Assembly: GCA_937925605.1 (NCBI GenBank)
Contig: CALALV010000001.1
Coordinates: forward strand, 1,229-65,228
Direction of reading: 5' to 3'
Length of the DNA: 64,000 nucleotides
Origin: an uncultured Woeseia sp.
GTDB taxonomy: Bacteria > Pseudomonadota > Gammaproteobacteria > Steroidobacterales > Woeseiaceae
A model generated the notes under the pieces. It had not been told where the DNA came from. It made no database searches and saw only the letters and a list, made by a program, of their open reading frames with translations. Positions 46,652-56,621 of the stretch are shown one piece after another (positions within the stretch are counted from its first letter, which is position 1; every line of letters starts with the position of its first letter). Both the position numbers and the translations under genes were made by a program.

Positions 46652-47437
46652 ATGAACCAGGCACTGTGGATTGCCAAGACCGGCCTCGACGCGCAGCAGT
46701 CGCGCATGTCGGTCGTTTCGAACAACCTCGCCAACGTCAACACGACCGGTTTCAAGCAGGACCGGGCCGTGTTCGAGGACCTGCTGTACCAGAACGTCCG
46801 CCAGGCCGGCGGCCAGTCGTCGCAGGATACCGAGCTGCCCTCGGGCATGAACGTCGGTACCGGCGTGCGCATCGTCGCGACCGAGAAACTGCACACGCAG
46901 GGCAGCGTGCTGCAGACCGAGAACGCGCTCGACGTCGCGATCAACGGCCGCGGCTTCTTCCAGGTGCTGATGCCGGACGGCAACCTCGGCTATACACGCG
47001 ACGGCAGTTTCCAGAAGAACGCCGAGGGCGAGCTGGTCACGGCGAGCGGCTACCGCATCCAGCCGAGCATCGTCGTGCCGGAAGGCGCGCAGAGCGTCAC
47101 GATCGGAACCGACGGCACGGTCAGCGTGCGACTGCCGGGCCAGGCGACGCCGGCCCAGGTCGGTACGCTCGAGACGGTGGACTTCATCAACCCGACCGGC
47201 CTGCAGTCGGTGGGCGAGAACCTGTACATCGAGACCGCGGCAAGCGGCACGCCGCAGACCGGCACGCCGGGCCTCGACGGCTTCGGCTCGCTGATCCAGG
47301 GCGCGCTCGAGGGTTCGAACGTCAACGTCGTGTCGGAACTGGTCAGCATGATCGAGACCCAGCGTGCCTACGAGATGAACTCGAAGGCCATCTCGACCAA
47401 CGACCAGATGATGCAGTACCTGAACAACAACCTGTGA
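46652..47437 (+). CDS. flgG: Flagellar basal-body distal rod protein FlgG
   Basis: [32 protein letters not shown]; [18 protein letters not shown]. Confidence 0.95.
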   Translation: MNQALWIAKTGLDAQQSRMSVVSNNLANVNTTGFKQDRAVFEDLLYQNVRQAGGQSSQDTELPSGMNVGTGVRIVATEKLHTQGSVLQTENALDVAINGRGFFQVLMPDGNLGYTRDGSFQKNAEGELVTASGYRIQPSIVVPEGAQSVTIGTDGTVSVRLPGQATPAQVGTLETVDFINPTGLQSVGENLYIETAASGTPQTGTPGLDGFGSLIQGALEGSNVNVVSELVSMIETQRAYEMNSKAISTNDQMMQYLNNNL

Positions 47438-47448
47438 GGACCGGCCGC

Positions 47449-48141
47449 ATGAGTCCCGACGCACCGACGAAACTGACCCGCGCGCTGCTGGCGGCCACGG
47501 CCCTGTTGCTGGCGGCCGGCTGCGCGAGGATCGAGCAGCTGCGCGATCCCTACGAGCCGCCGGCCCCGGTGCTGCCGGAACTGCCGGCGCCGACCAGCGG
47601 CGCAATCTATCGCGACGGCGGCGCCGCGCGGCTGTTCGAGGACCTGCGCGCGGCGCGCGTCGGCGACATCCTGACCGTGCGCCTGGTCGAAAGCACGGCC
47701 GCGTCGCTGCAGTCGAACACCAGCACGTCGAAATCGACCGAGGCGAGCTTCACGACGCCGACCTTTCTCGGCCGGCCGGTGACCCGCAACGGCACGGCGC
47801 TGTTCGATGGCTCGCTGTCCGGCGAACAGGCCTTCGACGGCTCCGGCACCTCCAACCAGTCGAACAGCCTGCAGGGCAACGTGACCGTCACGGTCGTCGA
47901 GCGCCTCGCGAACGGCAACCTGCGGATTCGCGGCGAAAAGCGCGTGCTGTTGAACCAGGGCAACGAGTTCATACGCGTTGACGGCATCATCAGGCCCTAT
48001 GACATCGAGCCGGACAACTCCGTGCCCTCGGCGAAGGTCGCCGATGCGCGCATTACCTACAGCAGCAAGGGCGTGCTGGCGGCGGCGAACCGGATGGGTC
48101 CGTTCGCGCGCTTCTTCCACTCCGTGCTGTCACCTTTCTGA
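47449..48141 (+). CDS. flgH: Flagellar L-ring lipoprotein FlgH
   Basis: Lipobox [20 protein letters not shown]..., [28 protein letters not shown]. Confidence 0.9.
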   Translation: MSPDAPTKLTRALLAATALLLAAGCARIEQLRDPYEPPAPVLPELPAPTSGAIYRDGGAARLFEDLRAARVGDILTVRLVESTAASLQSNTSTSKSTEASFTTPTFLGRPVTRNGTALFDGSLSGEQAFDGSGTSNQSNSLQGNVTVTVVERLANGNLRIRGEKRVLLNQGNEFIRVDGIIRPYDIEPDNSVPSAKVADARITYSSKGVLAAANRMGPFARFFHSVLSPF

Positions 48142-48152
48142 GGAGGGCGGCC

Positions 48153-49283
48153 ATGAACAGCATCGCCCGCAAGTCCGCACGCGCCCTGGGCGCCTGCTTC
48201 GCGATTGCCATGCTCGGCATCGCACCGGCCAAGGCCGATCGCGTCAAGGATCTCGCCAGCGTCTCCGGCGTGCGCAACAACCAGCTCGCCGGTTACGGGC
48301 TCGTCGTCGGCCTGAACGGCACGGGCGACCAGACCAGCCAGACGCCGTTCACGGTGCAGAGCATCAAGAACATGCTGACCCAGTTCGGGGTCACGATCCC
48401 GCCCGGCACGAGCCTGCAGCTCAAGAACGTCGCAGCCGTGACCGTGCACGCCGACCTGCCGCCGTTCGCGAAGCCCGGGCAGATGATCGACGTCACGGTG
48501 TCCTCGATCGGCAACGCGAAGAGCCTGCGCGGCGGCGCGCTGCTGATGGCCCCGCTGCGCGGCGCCGACGGCAACGTGTACGCGGTGGCCCAGGGTAATC
48601 TCGTCGTCGGCGGTTTCGGCGCGAGCGGCAACGACGGCTCGCGCGTGACGGTCAACATCCCGAGCGCCGGCCGCATCCCGAACGGCGCCACGGTCGAGCG
48701 CGCGGTGCCGAGCGACTTCCACGCGCGCGACACGATCCTGCTGAACCTGCACCAGCCCGACTTTACGACCTCGCACCGGCTCGCGACGCTGATCAACGAG
48801 ACGCTGGGCGGCAACACCGCGCTCGCGATGGACGCGGTCACGGTCAGCGTGCAGGCGCCGGCCGACCCCGGGCAGCGCACGTCGTTCCTGTCCTACCTCG
48901 AGAACCTCGACGTCGATCCCGGCCAGGCCGCGGCCAAGGTGATCATCAATTCGCGCACCGGCACGGTGGTGATCGGTTCCGAGGTCAGGGTGTCGCCGGC
49001 CGCCGTGTCGCACGGCTCGCTGGTCGTGACGATCAGCGAGCAGCCGCTGGTCAGCCAGCCGCTTGCGCCCTTTTCCGACGCCGGCGAGACCGTCGTCGTG
49101 CCGAGTTCGACAGTGTCGATCACCGAGGAGGAATCGAGCATGTTCCTGTTCGAGCCCGGCACGAGCCTCGACGAAATCGTGCGTACCGTGAATCGCGTCG
49201 GCGCGGCCCCGGGCGACCTCGTCGCGATCCTCGAGGCCCTGAAGCAGGCCGGCGCGCTGCGCGCGGAGCTGCTCGTCATCTGA
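48153..49283 (+). CDS. flgI: Flagellar P-ring protein FlgI
   Basis: Signal peptide. [30 protein letters not shown]; C-terminal [18 protein letters not shown]. Confidence 0.95.
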   Translation: MNSIARKSARALGACFAIAMLGIAPAKADRVKDLASVSGVRNNQLAGYGLVVGLNGTGDQTSQTPFTVQSIKNMLTQFGVTIPPGTSLQLKNVAAVTVHADLPPFAKPGQMIDVTVSSIGNAKSLRGGALLMAPLRGADGNVYAVAQGNLVVGGFGASGNDGSRVTVNIPSAGRIPNGATVERAVPSDFHARDTILLNLHQPDFTTSHRLATLINETLGGNTALAMDAVTVSVQAPADPGQRTSFLSYLENLDVDPGQAAAKVIINSRTGTVVIGSEVRVSPAAVSHGSLVVTISEQPLVSQPLAPFSDAGETVVVPSSTVSITEEESSMFLFEPGTSLDEIVRTVNRVGAAPGDLVAILEALKQAGALRAELLVI

Positions 49284-49295
49284 CGGCCGCGAACG

Positions 49296-50183
49296 ATGAC
49301 CGCCGCGATCACCGACTTCGGCCAGTTCACGGACCTGCGCGCCGACGCGGACCGTAACGACCCGGCCGCGCTGCGCGAGGTCGCGACGCAGTTCGAGGCC
49401 CTGTTCGTCCAGTCGCTGCTGAAGAACATGCGCGGCGCGGAGCTGGCCGAGCCGCTGTTCGGCTCCGACCAGATGGACATGTACCAGGACATGTTCGACC
49501 AGCAGATCTCGCTCGAAATGGCGAGCGGCCGCGGCATCGGCCTGGCCGAGATGCTGGTGCGCCAGCTCGGCGGCGAGGCCGCGGCGCTGCCGCTGGCACC
49601 GGCCGGCTACGCCACGCCGCCCGCGCGCGGCGCGGGCGCCGCGCTACCGTCCTGGGAGGAGCCCGGCGACTTCGTGGCCGAGGTCTGGCCGCATGCCGAG
49701 CGCGCCGGCAGGCGCCTGGGCGTAGCGCCCGAGGCGCTGATCGCCCAGGCGGCGCTCGAGACCGGCTGGGGCCGGCACGTCCCGCGCCGCGGCGACGGCG
49801 AGCCGAGCTACAACCTGTTCGGCATCAAGGCCGGGGGCAGCTGGCGGGGCGACAGCGTCGCGAAACCGACGCTCGAGTTCGAGGACGGCGTCGCGCGCAG
49901 GCGGACGGAGCGTTTCCGCGCCTACCCGGACCTGGCCGCGGCTTTCGACGACTATGCGAACCTGATCGCCGGCGAGCGCTACCGCGACGCACGCGGCCGC
50001 GCCGGCGACACGGCCGGCTTCGCCGCGGCGCTGGCCGAGGCCGGCTACGCAACCGACCCGCGCTACGCGGAGAAAATCGAGCGGGTGCGCGACAGCGACA
50101 CGATGCAGCGCGCGCTCGCCCGGCTCAAGAATTCGTCGCCCGCGCCGATAACGGCGGGGACGACGTCCGTCGATGGCGACTGA
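49296..50183 (+). CDS. flgJ: Flagellar rod assembly protein / peptidoglycan hydrolase FlgJ
   Basis: Rod-binding FEALFVQSLLKNMR, plus glucosaminidase AQAALETGWG...YNLFGIKAG. Confidence 0.9.
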   Translation: MTAAITDFGQFTDLRADADRNDPAALREVATQFEALFVQSLLKNMRGAELAEPLFGSDQMDMYQDMFDQQISLEMASGRGIGLAEMLVRQLGGEAAALPLAPAGYATPPARGAGAALPSWEEPGDFVAEVWPHAERAGRRLGVAPEALIAQAALETGWGRHVPRRGDGEPSYNLFGIKAGGSWRGDSVAKPTLEFEDGVARRRTERFRAYPDLAAAFDDYANLIAGERYRDARGRAGDTAGFAAALAEAGYATDPRYAEKIERVRDSDTMQRALARLKNSSPAPITAGTTSVDGD

Positions 50184-50200
50184 CGCCCGAGGAATGACCG

Positions 50201-52090
50201 ATGCCTGATCCCTTGTCCACAGCTTTGAGCGGCATGATCGCGTTCCAGCGCGCGATGGAGATGACCGGTCACAACATCGCCAACGTAAACACCGAGGGCT
50301 ACAGCCGGCAGCGTGCCGAGTTCTCGACCCGGGAAGGCCAGGGCGCCGCGACCGGCTACATCGGCACCGGCACCAAGATCGTCACGATCCGGCGCGTCTA
50401 CGACGACATCATCGGCCAGCAGCTGCAGGCGAGCACAACCAGCCATGCGCGCTTCGAGGCGATGAACGAGCTGGCCGGGCGGCTGGACACGCTGCTCGCG
50501 GACCCGGCGACCGGCCTCAATGCCCAGCTCACGAGCTTTTTCAACGCGGTGCAGGACATCGCGAACGACCCGGCCTCGCTGCCGACCCGCCAGGCGCTGC
50601 TCGGCGAGGCCGACGGCCTGGTGCTGCGCTTCGCGGAACTCGACCGGCAGCTGTCGGCGATGGACGCCGAGGTCAACCAGCGCATCGGCGCGGCGGTCGG
50701 CGAGATCAACCAGCTCGCGGAGCAGATCGCGGAGCTGAACGAACAGATCACGGTGGGCCGCGCCCGCACCGGGCAGCCGCCGAACGACCTGCTGGACCAG
50801 CGCGACCTGCTGGTCCGCGACCTGTCCGGGCTGGTCTCGGTCAACACGGTGATGCAGGACGACGGCTCGATGAACGTGTTCATCGGCAGCGGCCAGAGCC
50901 TGGTCATCGGCAACGAGGCGCGCACGCTCGCGACCGTGCCGAACGAGTTCGACCCGACCCGCTCCGAGGTGGCCTTCGTCAGCGCGAGCGGGCAGGTGCC
51001 GATCGGCAATGCGCTGACCGGCGGACGCCTCGGGGGACTCCTCGACTTCCGCGGCCAGATGCTCGACCCGGCACGGCAATCGCTCGGCGAGACCGCGCAG
51101 GCGCTGGCAGCGAGCTTCAACGAACAGCACGGCGCCGGAATGGACCTGTACGGCAATCTCGGCGGCGATTTCTTCTCGATAGCTCCGCCGGCGGTGCTGA
51201 CCTCGTCGAACAACTCGGGCAGCGGCACAGCGAGCGTTACGATCGACGACGTGGGCGCACTGGCTGCCGGCGAATACCTGTTGAGCTTCGACGGCACGAA
51301 CTACAGCCTCACGAATGCCGACACGGGGCAGGCCGTGGCGATGACCGGCAGCGGCACGGCCGGCGACCCGTTCCTGGCCGACGGACTTGCGATCGTGACC
51401 GGCGGTGCGCCGGCCGCCGGCGACCAGTTGCTGATTCGCCCGGCCGCGGACTCGACCGCGACCCTCGCGCGCGCGATCGACGACCCGCAGGCAATTGCCA
51501 TGGCGGCGCCGACGCGTACCAGCGCGGATCTCGCCAACCTGGGCGACGGGCAGATCACGGCGAGCGAGGTCGTCGACCAGGACGACCCGGGGCTGCTGGC
51601 GACCGCCGTCATCGAGTTCACCGGCCCGTCGACCTACTCGATCAACGGCGCGGGCTCCTTCGCCTACGTTAGCGGCGACCCGATCACGGTCAACGGCTCG
51701 CAGTTCACGATTACCGGCACGCCGGCCGTCGGCGACCGTTTCACGCTCGAAGCGAACAGCGGCGCGACCGGCGACAACCGCAACGGGCTCAAGCTCGCCG
51801 ACGTGCAGGCCATCGGCATCCTCGACGGCGGCACGGTCAGCATCAACGAGAGCTACGGCCGCCTGGTCGCGAACGTCGGCAGCGCCACCCGCCAGGTGCA
51901 GGCGAACTACGCCGCGCAGGGCGTCGTGCTCGCCAATGCCGAGAACGCGCAGCTGTCGAAGTCCGGCGTCAACCTGGACGAGGAGGCGGCCAACCTCGTG
52001 CGCTACCAGCAGGCCTACCAGGCCGTGGCGCAGGTGGTCAGCGTCGCCAACACGCTGTTCGAAACGCTGCTGGCGGCGACCCGGAGGTAG
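50201..52090 (+). CDS. flgK: Flagellar hook-associated protein 1 FlgK
   Basis: LSTALSGMIAFQRAMEMTGHNIANVNTEGYSRQ; C-terminal EEAANLVRYQQAYQAVAQVV. Confidence 0.9.
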   Translation: MPDPLSTALSGMIAFQRAMEMTGHNIANVNTEGYSRQRAEFSTREGQGAATGYIGTGTKIVTIRRVYDDIIGQQLQASTTSHARFEAMNELAGRLDTLLADPATGLNAQLTSFFNAVQDIANDPASLPTRQALLGEADGLVLRFAELDRQLSAMDAEVNQRIGAAVGEINQLAEQIAELNEQITVGRARTGQPPNDLLDQRDLLVRDLSGLVSVNTVMQDDGSMNVFIGSGQSLVIGNEARTLATVPNEFDPTRSEVAFVSASGQVPIGNALTGGRLGGLLDFRGQMLDPARQSLGETAQALAASFNEQHGAGMDLYGNLGGDFFSIAPPAVLTSSNNSGSGTASVTIDDVGALAAGEYLLSFDGTNYSLTNADTGQAVAMTGSGTAGDPFLADGLAIVTGGAPAAGDQLLIRPAADSTATLARAIDDPQAIAMAAPTRTSADLANLGDGQITASEVVDQDDPGLLATAVIEFTGPSTYSINGAGSFAYVSGDPITVNGSQFTITGTPAVGDRFTLEANSGATGDNRNGLKLADVQAIGILDGGTVSINESYGRLVANVGSATRQVQANYAAQGVVLANAENAQLSKSGVNLDEEAANLVRYQQAYQAVAQVVSVANTLFETLLAATRR

Positions 52091-52093
52091 AAA

Positions 52094-53287
52094 GTGCGCA
52101 TCTCGACCTACAGCGCCTTCCAGCGCGGCCTCGACATGATGCAGCGGATCCAGGCCGGCCTGGACCGCACGCAGCAGCAGATTTCCACGGGCCGGCGCCT
52201 GCTGGCGCCGTCCGACGACCCGATCGCCGCGGCCCGTTCGCTGGAGCTGCGCGAGTCGCTCGCGCGCATCGAGCAGTTCGACCGCAACGGCGAGATCGCG
52301 CGCAACCGGCTCAACTTCGAGGAGACCGCGCTCGTCAGCGTCAACGACGTGCTGCAGCGCGTGCGCGAGCTGGCGATCCAGGCCAACAACGACACGCAGT
52401 CGGCCGAGGGCCGGCGGCAGATCGCGGCCGAGATGCGCGAGCGCATCGACCAGCTGGTCGCGCTGGCGAACCAGCGCGACGGCACCGGCCGCTACCTGTT
52501 CGCGGGCACCCGCGACACGACGGCGCCGGTCAGCGTGGCCGGCGGCGCCTGGGTCTACAACGGCGACCAGGGACAGCGGCTGATCCAGATCGGCGAGGAC
52601 CGGCAGATACCCGACGGCGATTCCGGCGCGGACGTGTTCTTCTCGGTCAAGGACGGTAACGGTACCTTTTCTACGCGTGCCGTCGCGACCAACAGCGGCG
52701 ACGGCGTGCTCGGGCCGGGCAGCGTGCTCGACCCGGCGCAGTACGACCGTGATACCTACACGATTCGCTTTACGGCCCCGGGCAGCTACGACGTGCTCGA
52801 CTCCGGCGGCGCCGCGGTCACGTCGGGGGCCTACACCCCGGGCGCCTCGATCGCGTTTCGCGGCATCGAGGTGACGCTCGAGGGCAGCCCCGCGGCCGGG
52901 GACGATTTCGTCGTGGAGCCGAGCCGCAACCGCGACCTGTTCGGCATCGTCGCCGAGCTGGCCGGCGTACTCGAGACGCCGGCCGACGACGCGGCGGCGC
53001 GTGCGGCGCTGCATAACGGCGTCAACGGCGCGCTCGCGGACCTCGACCAGGCGATTGGGCAGATTCTCGACGTGCGGACCCAGGTCGGCACGCGCCTCGC
53101 GGCCATCGAGTCGCAGGCGGACACCAACGCGTCGCTTTCGCTGACGATACAGAGCACCGTGTCCGGCATCGAGGACCTCGACTACGCCGAGGCGCTGTCG
53201 CGCCTGTCGATCCAGGCGACCACGCTCGAGGCGGCGCAGCAGACCTTCGTGCGAACCCAGTCGCTGTCGCTGTTCAACTACCTGTAA
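52094..53287 (+). CDS. flgL: Flagellar hook-associated protein 3 FlgL
   Basis: GTG start. MRISTYSAFQRGLDMM...ISTGRRLLAPSDDPIAAARSLEL. Flagellin-like termini. Confidence 0.9.
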   Translation: MRISTYSAFQRGLDMMQRIQAGLDRTQQQISTGRRLLAPSDDPIAAARSLELRESLARIEQFDRNGEIARNRLNFEETALVSVNDVLQRVRELAIQANNDTQSAEGRRQIAAEMRERIDQLVALANQRDGTGRYLFAGTRDTTAPVSVAGGAWVYNGDQGQRLIQIGEDRQIPDGDSGADVFFSVKDGNGTFSTRAVATNSGDGVLGPGSVLDPAQYDRDTYTIRFTAPGSYDVLDSGGAAVTSGAYTPGASIAFRGIEVTLEGSPAAGDDFVVEPSRNRDLFGIVAELAGVLETPADDAAARAALHNGVNGALADLDQAIGQILDVRTQVGTRLAAIESQADTNASLSLTIQSTVSGIEDLDYAEALSRLSIQATTLEAAQQTFVRTQSLSLFNYL

Positions 53288-53303
53288 GCGCTGCGCGCCG
53301 AAG

Positions 53304-53319
53304 TGTGACGCCCGTCACG
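53304..53319. promoter_or_regulatory. CRP/Vfr/Clp-like palindrome TGTGA-cgcccg-TCACg
   Basis: 9/10 match to TGTGA-N6-TCACA. It lies between the flgL stop and the fliC promoter. As RNA it would leave only a 2-nt loop, so a DNA-binding site is more plausible than a hairpin. Confidence 0.35.
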
Positions 53320-53330
53320 AATCGGCGAAC

Positions 53331-53379
53331 AGCCGCTAAAGAAACCTGCCTTTCTGTCGGTGCGCGGCTTGATTTTTTT
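53331..53379 (+). terminator. Candidate flgL terminator (composite stem followed by T7)
   Basis: AGCCGC...(inner AGAAA-cctgcc-TTTCT)...GCGGCT, then TGATTTTTTT (T7 at 53373-53379). Confidence 0.45.
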
Positions 53380-53401
53380 CCGGGATCTGCTCCGGGAATG
53401 C

Positions 53402-53428
53402 TAAAGAAAAGCCGAACGGCACCGATAA
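53402..53428 (+). promoter_or_regulatory. Sigma28-type promoter of fliC
   Basis: TAAAGAAA-N11-ACCGATAA, about 98 nt upstream of the fliC ATG. Confidence 0.65.
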
Positions 53429-53525
53429 CTCCTGCGTAAGGCGGTAGCGAAGAATTTCGCGAGCCGTGCGAAAGCGACCCGACCAGCTACACCGGGTCGG
53501 GGATATTCAACCAGGAGTAAATGAC

Positions 53526-54674
53526 ATGGCACAGACGATCAATACAAACGTTGCTTCGCTGAATGCGCAACGTAATTTGAGTCGTTCGCAGGGCTTGCTC
53601 AACCAGTCACTTGAGAGGCTGTCGACGGGCCTGCGAATCAACAGTGCGAAGGACGACGCTGCAGGCCTGGCGATCTCCGAGCGCTTCACCACGCAGATCC
53701 GCGGCCTGAACCAGGCGGTGCGTAACGCAAGTGACGGCATCTCGCTGGCGCAGACGACCGAGTCTGCCCTCGGTGAGCTGACCAACAACCTGCAGCGCAT
53801 CCGCGAGCTGGCCGTGCAGTCGGTCAACGCCACGAACTCGGCGTCCGACCGCGCTGCGCTGAACGCCGAGGTACTGGAGCGCGTCGCGGAAATCGACCGC
53901 ATCGCGAAGCAGACCAACTTCAACGGCGTCAAGGTCCTCGACGGCTCGTTCGGCACCGCGACCTTCCAGGTCGGCGCCAACGTCGGCGACACGATCTCGG
54001 TCAGCCTGACGACCGACGTTACGGCGGCTGCCATCGGCACCGTCAACACCGAGGAAGGCTCCGGCTTCGACATGTCCGACGCGACCAACGTCGAGGACGT
54101 CACGCTGGAATTCGGTGACGGCGTCGATGCCGACCTGTACGGCTCGGTGGTCATCGCAGCCGGCGCGAGCGCGCAGGACGCGGCCAACACGATCAACGAG
54201 GCCTCGCTGGACGGCATCTCGGCCTTCGTCAGCGCCGCCGGCGAGCTGCAGGTCCTGTCCGACAACGGCGACGTCACGTTCACCGAGACCGTGGCAGCCG
54301 GCACCAACACGGTCGGCCTCGACGGGCTGAACACGGCTGACGAGACGGCTGCGACGGCCACGACGCTGGCCGGCGTTGCAGTCGACACGGTTGCGGACGC
54401 GAACTTCGCGATCGCCCGCATCGACTCGGCGCTGACCGCGGTCAACGGCCTGCGCGGCAACCTGGGTGCTATCCAGAACCGCTTCGAGTCGACGATCGTG
54501 AACCTGCAGACCGTCAGCGAGAACCTCGCGGCGTCGCGCGGCCGGATCCAGGACGCCGACTTCGCGGCGGAGACCGCGGCACTGACCAAGGCTCAGATCC
54601 TCCAGCAGGCCGGCGTATCGGTACTGGCCCAGGCCAATGCCCAGCCGCAGCTGGCACTGAGTCTGCTGCAGTAA
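53526..54674 (+). CDS. fliC: Flagellin FliC
   Basis: ATG at 53526, 8 nt after AGGAG. MAQTINTNVASLNAQRNLSRSQ...; C-terminal AQILQQAGVSVLAQANAQPQLALSLLQ. Confidence 0.95.
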   Translation: MAQTINTNVASLNAQRNLSRSQGLLNQSLERLSTGLRINSAKDDAAGLAISERFTTQIRGLNQAVRNASDGISLAQTTESALGELTNNLQRIRELAVQSVNATNSASDRAALNAEVLERVAEIDRIAKQTNFNGVKVLDGSFGTATFQVGANVGDTISVSLTTDVTAAAIGTVNTEEGSGFDMSDATNVEDVTLEFGDGVDADLYGSVVIAAGASAQDAANTINEASLDGISAFVSAAGELQVLSDNGDVTFTETVAAGTNTVGLDGLNTADETAATATTLAGVAVDTVADANFAIARIDSALTAVNGLRGNLGAIQNRFESTIVNLQTVSENLAASRGRIQDADFAAETAALTKAQILQQAGVSVLAQANAQPQLALSLLQ

Positions 54675-54701
54675 GAAAGCGCAGCAACAACTTTCCCCGC
54701 G

Positions 54702-54723
54702 GTGGCGACAGGGACGTCGCCAC
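54702..54723 (+). other. 8-bp hairpin with an AGGGAC loop between fliC and flaG
   Basis: GTGGCGAC-AGGGAC-GTCGCCAC lies 28 nt after the fliC stop, with no U-tract. It is 27 nt upstream of the flaG ATG, whose SD is GAAGGAG. Confidence 0.4.
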
Positions 54724-54749
54724 TCGGGGATCCCTGAAGGAGCAAGGCA

Positions 54750-55109
54750 ATGTCGGATACAGCCCTTAAAACGGTCTCCGGCACCGGAACGTTCCGGGTA
54801 CTGGAGATGTCGCGGCCGCAGGCCGCGCCGGCAGCGGGCGGCAATGAGCCGGCGCCGGCCGGCAAGGTACTGCCGGTCGAGATCCCGAAAGCGGACCTCG
54901 GCGCGCTCGCGAAACAGCTGAACGACGCGGCCCGCAACATCGGCCGCGACCTGCGCTTCGAGGTGAACCTCGAGAGCGGACGCTCGGTGATCCAGGTCCT
55001 GGACCGGGAAACCGGCGAAATCATCCGGCAGATCCCGCCGGAGAAAGTCACACCGTATTTGAAGGAAAACGGCGCGCTCGAAGTGCGCCTGTACGACGAG
55101 GTCGTCTGA
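54750..55109 (+). CDS. flaG: Flagellar protein FlaG
   Basis: LRFEVNLESGRSVIQVLDRETGEIIRQIPPEKV is the FlaG family core. Position between fliC and fliD. Confidence 0.85.
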   Translation: MSDTALKTVSGTGTFRVLEMSRPQAAPAAGGNEPAPAGKVLPVEIPKADLGALAKQLNDAARNIGRDLRFEVNLESGRSVIQVLDRETGEIIRQIPPEKVTPYLKENGALEVRLYDEVV

Positions 55110-55138
55110 GCGGCGCAGAATGCCGCGGCGGCTCGTTC

Positions 55139-55154
55139 TGGCACGAAGATTGGA
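55139..55154 (+). promoter_or_regulatory. Near-consensus sigma54-type promoter upstream of fliD (-12 GG variant)
   Basis: TGGCACG-AAGA-TTGGA. The -24 half is perfect, but the -12 element reads TTGG instead of TTGC. It lies 59 nt upstream of fliD. Confidence 0.4.
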
Positions 55155-55212
55155 TACCCGGTGAGGGGGCGCCCGGCGCCAGGACTCATCGAAGACCGAG
55201 GGGACAGCAAGC

Positions 55213-56604
55213 ATGGCCAGTATCACGTCAGCAGGAATCGGCTCCGGACTCGACATCGGCGGGCTCGTCAGCCAGCTGGTGGCCGCCGAGGGCCAGCCGG
55301 CCGAGCAGCGCATCGCGCGCGGCGAGGCCTCGGCGCAGGCGCGGCTGTCGGCCTACGGCTCCCTGAAATCGGCGCTGTCGCAGTTCCGTGACCAGCTCGA
55401 CCTGATGCAGGACATCGGCAAGTTCCTGAGCCGCAAGGCGGCGTCGTCGAACGAGGACCTGTTCTCGGTCTCGGCGAGCACGAGCGCGCTGCCCGGCAGC
55501 TACGCCGTAGAGGTCGTCAACCTCGCGACGGCGCAGCGCCTGACCTCGGGCGCCTTCGCCGATGCGGACACGGCGGTCGGCGAGGGCACGCTGACGATCG
55601 ACGTCGGCGGCGAGGCCTTCGACGTCGAGATCACCGCGGATAATTCCTCGCTCGCGGGCATCCGCGATGCGATCAATGCGGCAGGCGACAACAGCGGCGT
55701 GACCGCGACGATCGTCAACGCCGACAGCGGCAGCTACCTCGTGCTGAACTCGGAGGAGACCGGGTCCGCGCAGACCATCACGGTTACCCAGGCCGGCGGC
55801 GACGGCGGCCTCGCGGCGCTCGAGTATGACCCGGCCAACGGCCTGAACGCGCTGACGGAAACCGTCGCCGCGGCCGACGCGCTGGTGCGCGTCGACGGCC
55901 TGGATATCACCAGCGCGAACAACACGATCAGCGGCGCGATCGACGGCCTGACTCTCGAGCTGGTCGCGGCGTCGCCCGGCAGCGTCGAGAAACTCTCCGT
56001 CGACAACGACAGCGCGGCGGTACGCAACGTGATCGAGGATTTCGTCGACAGCTACAACGACCTCGTGGCGACCTTCGACCAGCTGTCGGCCTACGACGCG
56101 GAGACCGAGATCGCCGGGCCGCTGCTCGGCGACGCGTCGCTGCGCAACATCCGCGACCAGCTGCGGCGCGAGATGTCGGAGGGCGTGGACAGCGTCGGTG
56201 CGGCCTTCGGGTCCCTGCGTGACGCGGGACTCGAAATCGAGCTCGACGGCACGATGAGCATCGTCGACGAGGAGCTCGACGCGGCGCTGGCGGACGATTT
56301 CACCGGCATCGGCCAGCTGTTCGCCGCCGACGGCGCCTACGCGCAGCGGCTGTTCGAACGGGTCGAGGCCTTCCTCGACGACGAGGGCCTGCTGGAGGCG
56401 CGCACCGACGGGCTGAACCGCACGATCGAGGACTACGCGGAGCAGCGCGAGCGCCTGGCGGAACGCCTGTCCTCGCTCGAGACGCGCCTGCTGCGCCAGT
56501 TCAACGCGCTCGACTCGCTGGTCGCGCAGCTGACCTCGACGAGCAACTTTCTGACCCAGCAGTTGGCGAACCTGCCGACGGTGGGCGGCAACAACAACGC
56601 TTAA
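55213..56604 (+). CDS. fliD: Flagellar filament cap protein FliD
   Basis: ITSAGIGSGLDIGGLVSQLVAAE...; C-terminal RLLRQFNALDSLVAQLTSTSNFLTQQL. Confidence 0.9.
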   Translation: MASITSAGIGSGLDIGGLVSQLVAAEGQPAEQRIARGEASAQARLSAYGSLKSALSQFRDQLDLMQDIGKFLSRKAASSNEDLFSVSASTSALPGSYAVEVVNLATAQRLTSGAFADADTAVGEGTLTIDVGGEAFDVEITADNSSLAGIRDAINAAGDNSGVTATIVNADSGSYLVLNSEETGSAQTITVTQAGGDGGLAALEYDPANGLNALTETVAAADALVRVDGLDITSANNTISGAIDGLTLELVAASPGSVEKLSVDNDSAAVRNVIEDFVDSYNDLVATFDQLSAYDAETEIAGPLLGDASLRNIRDQLRREMSEGVDSVGAAFGSLRDAGLEIELDGTMSIVDEELDAALADDFTGIGQLFAADGAYAQRLFERVEAFLDDEGLLEARTDGLNRTIEDYAEQRERLAERLSSLETRLLRQFNALDSLVAQLTSTSNFLTQQLANLPTVGGNNNA

Positions 56605-56621
56605 CGGGCAGGGAGCCTGCA

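Noticed and set aside
50063-53014. 983-aa ORF on the - strand
   Set aside because: It is antisense to flgK/flgL, with no motifs and an Arg/Ala-rich composition.
53337-53341. A second TAAAG upstream of fliC as a sigma28 -35 element
   Set aside because: No GCCGATAA-like -10 lies at the required 8+11 spacing, and the motif sits inside the candidate flgL terminator stem.
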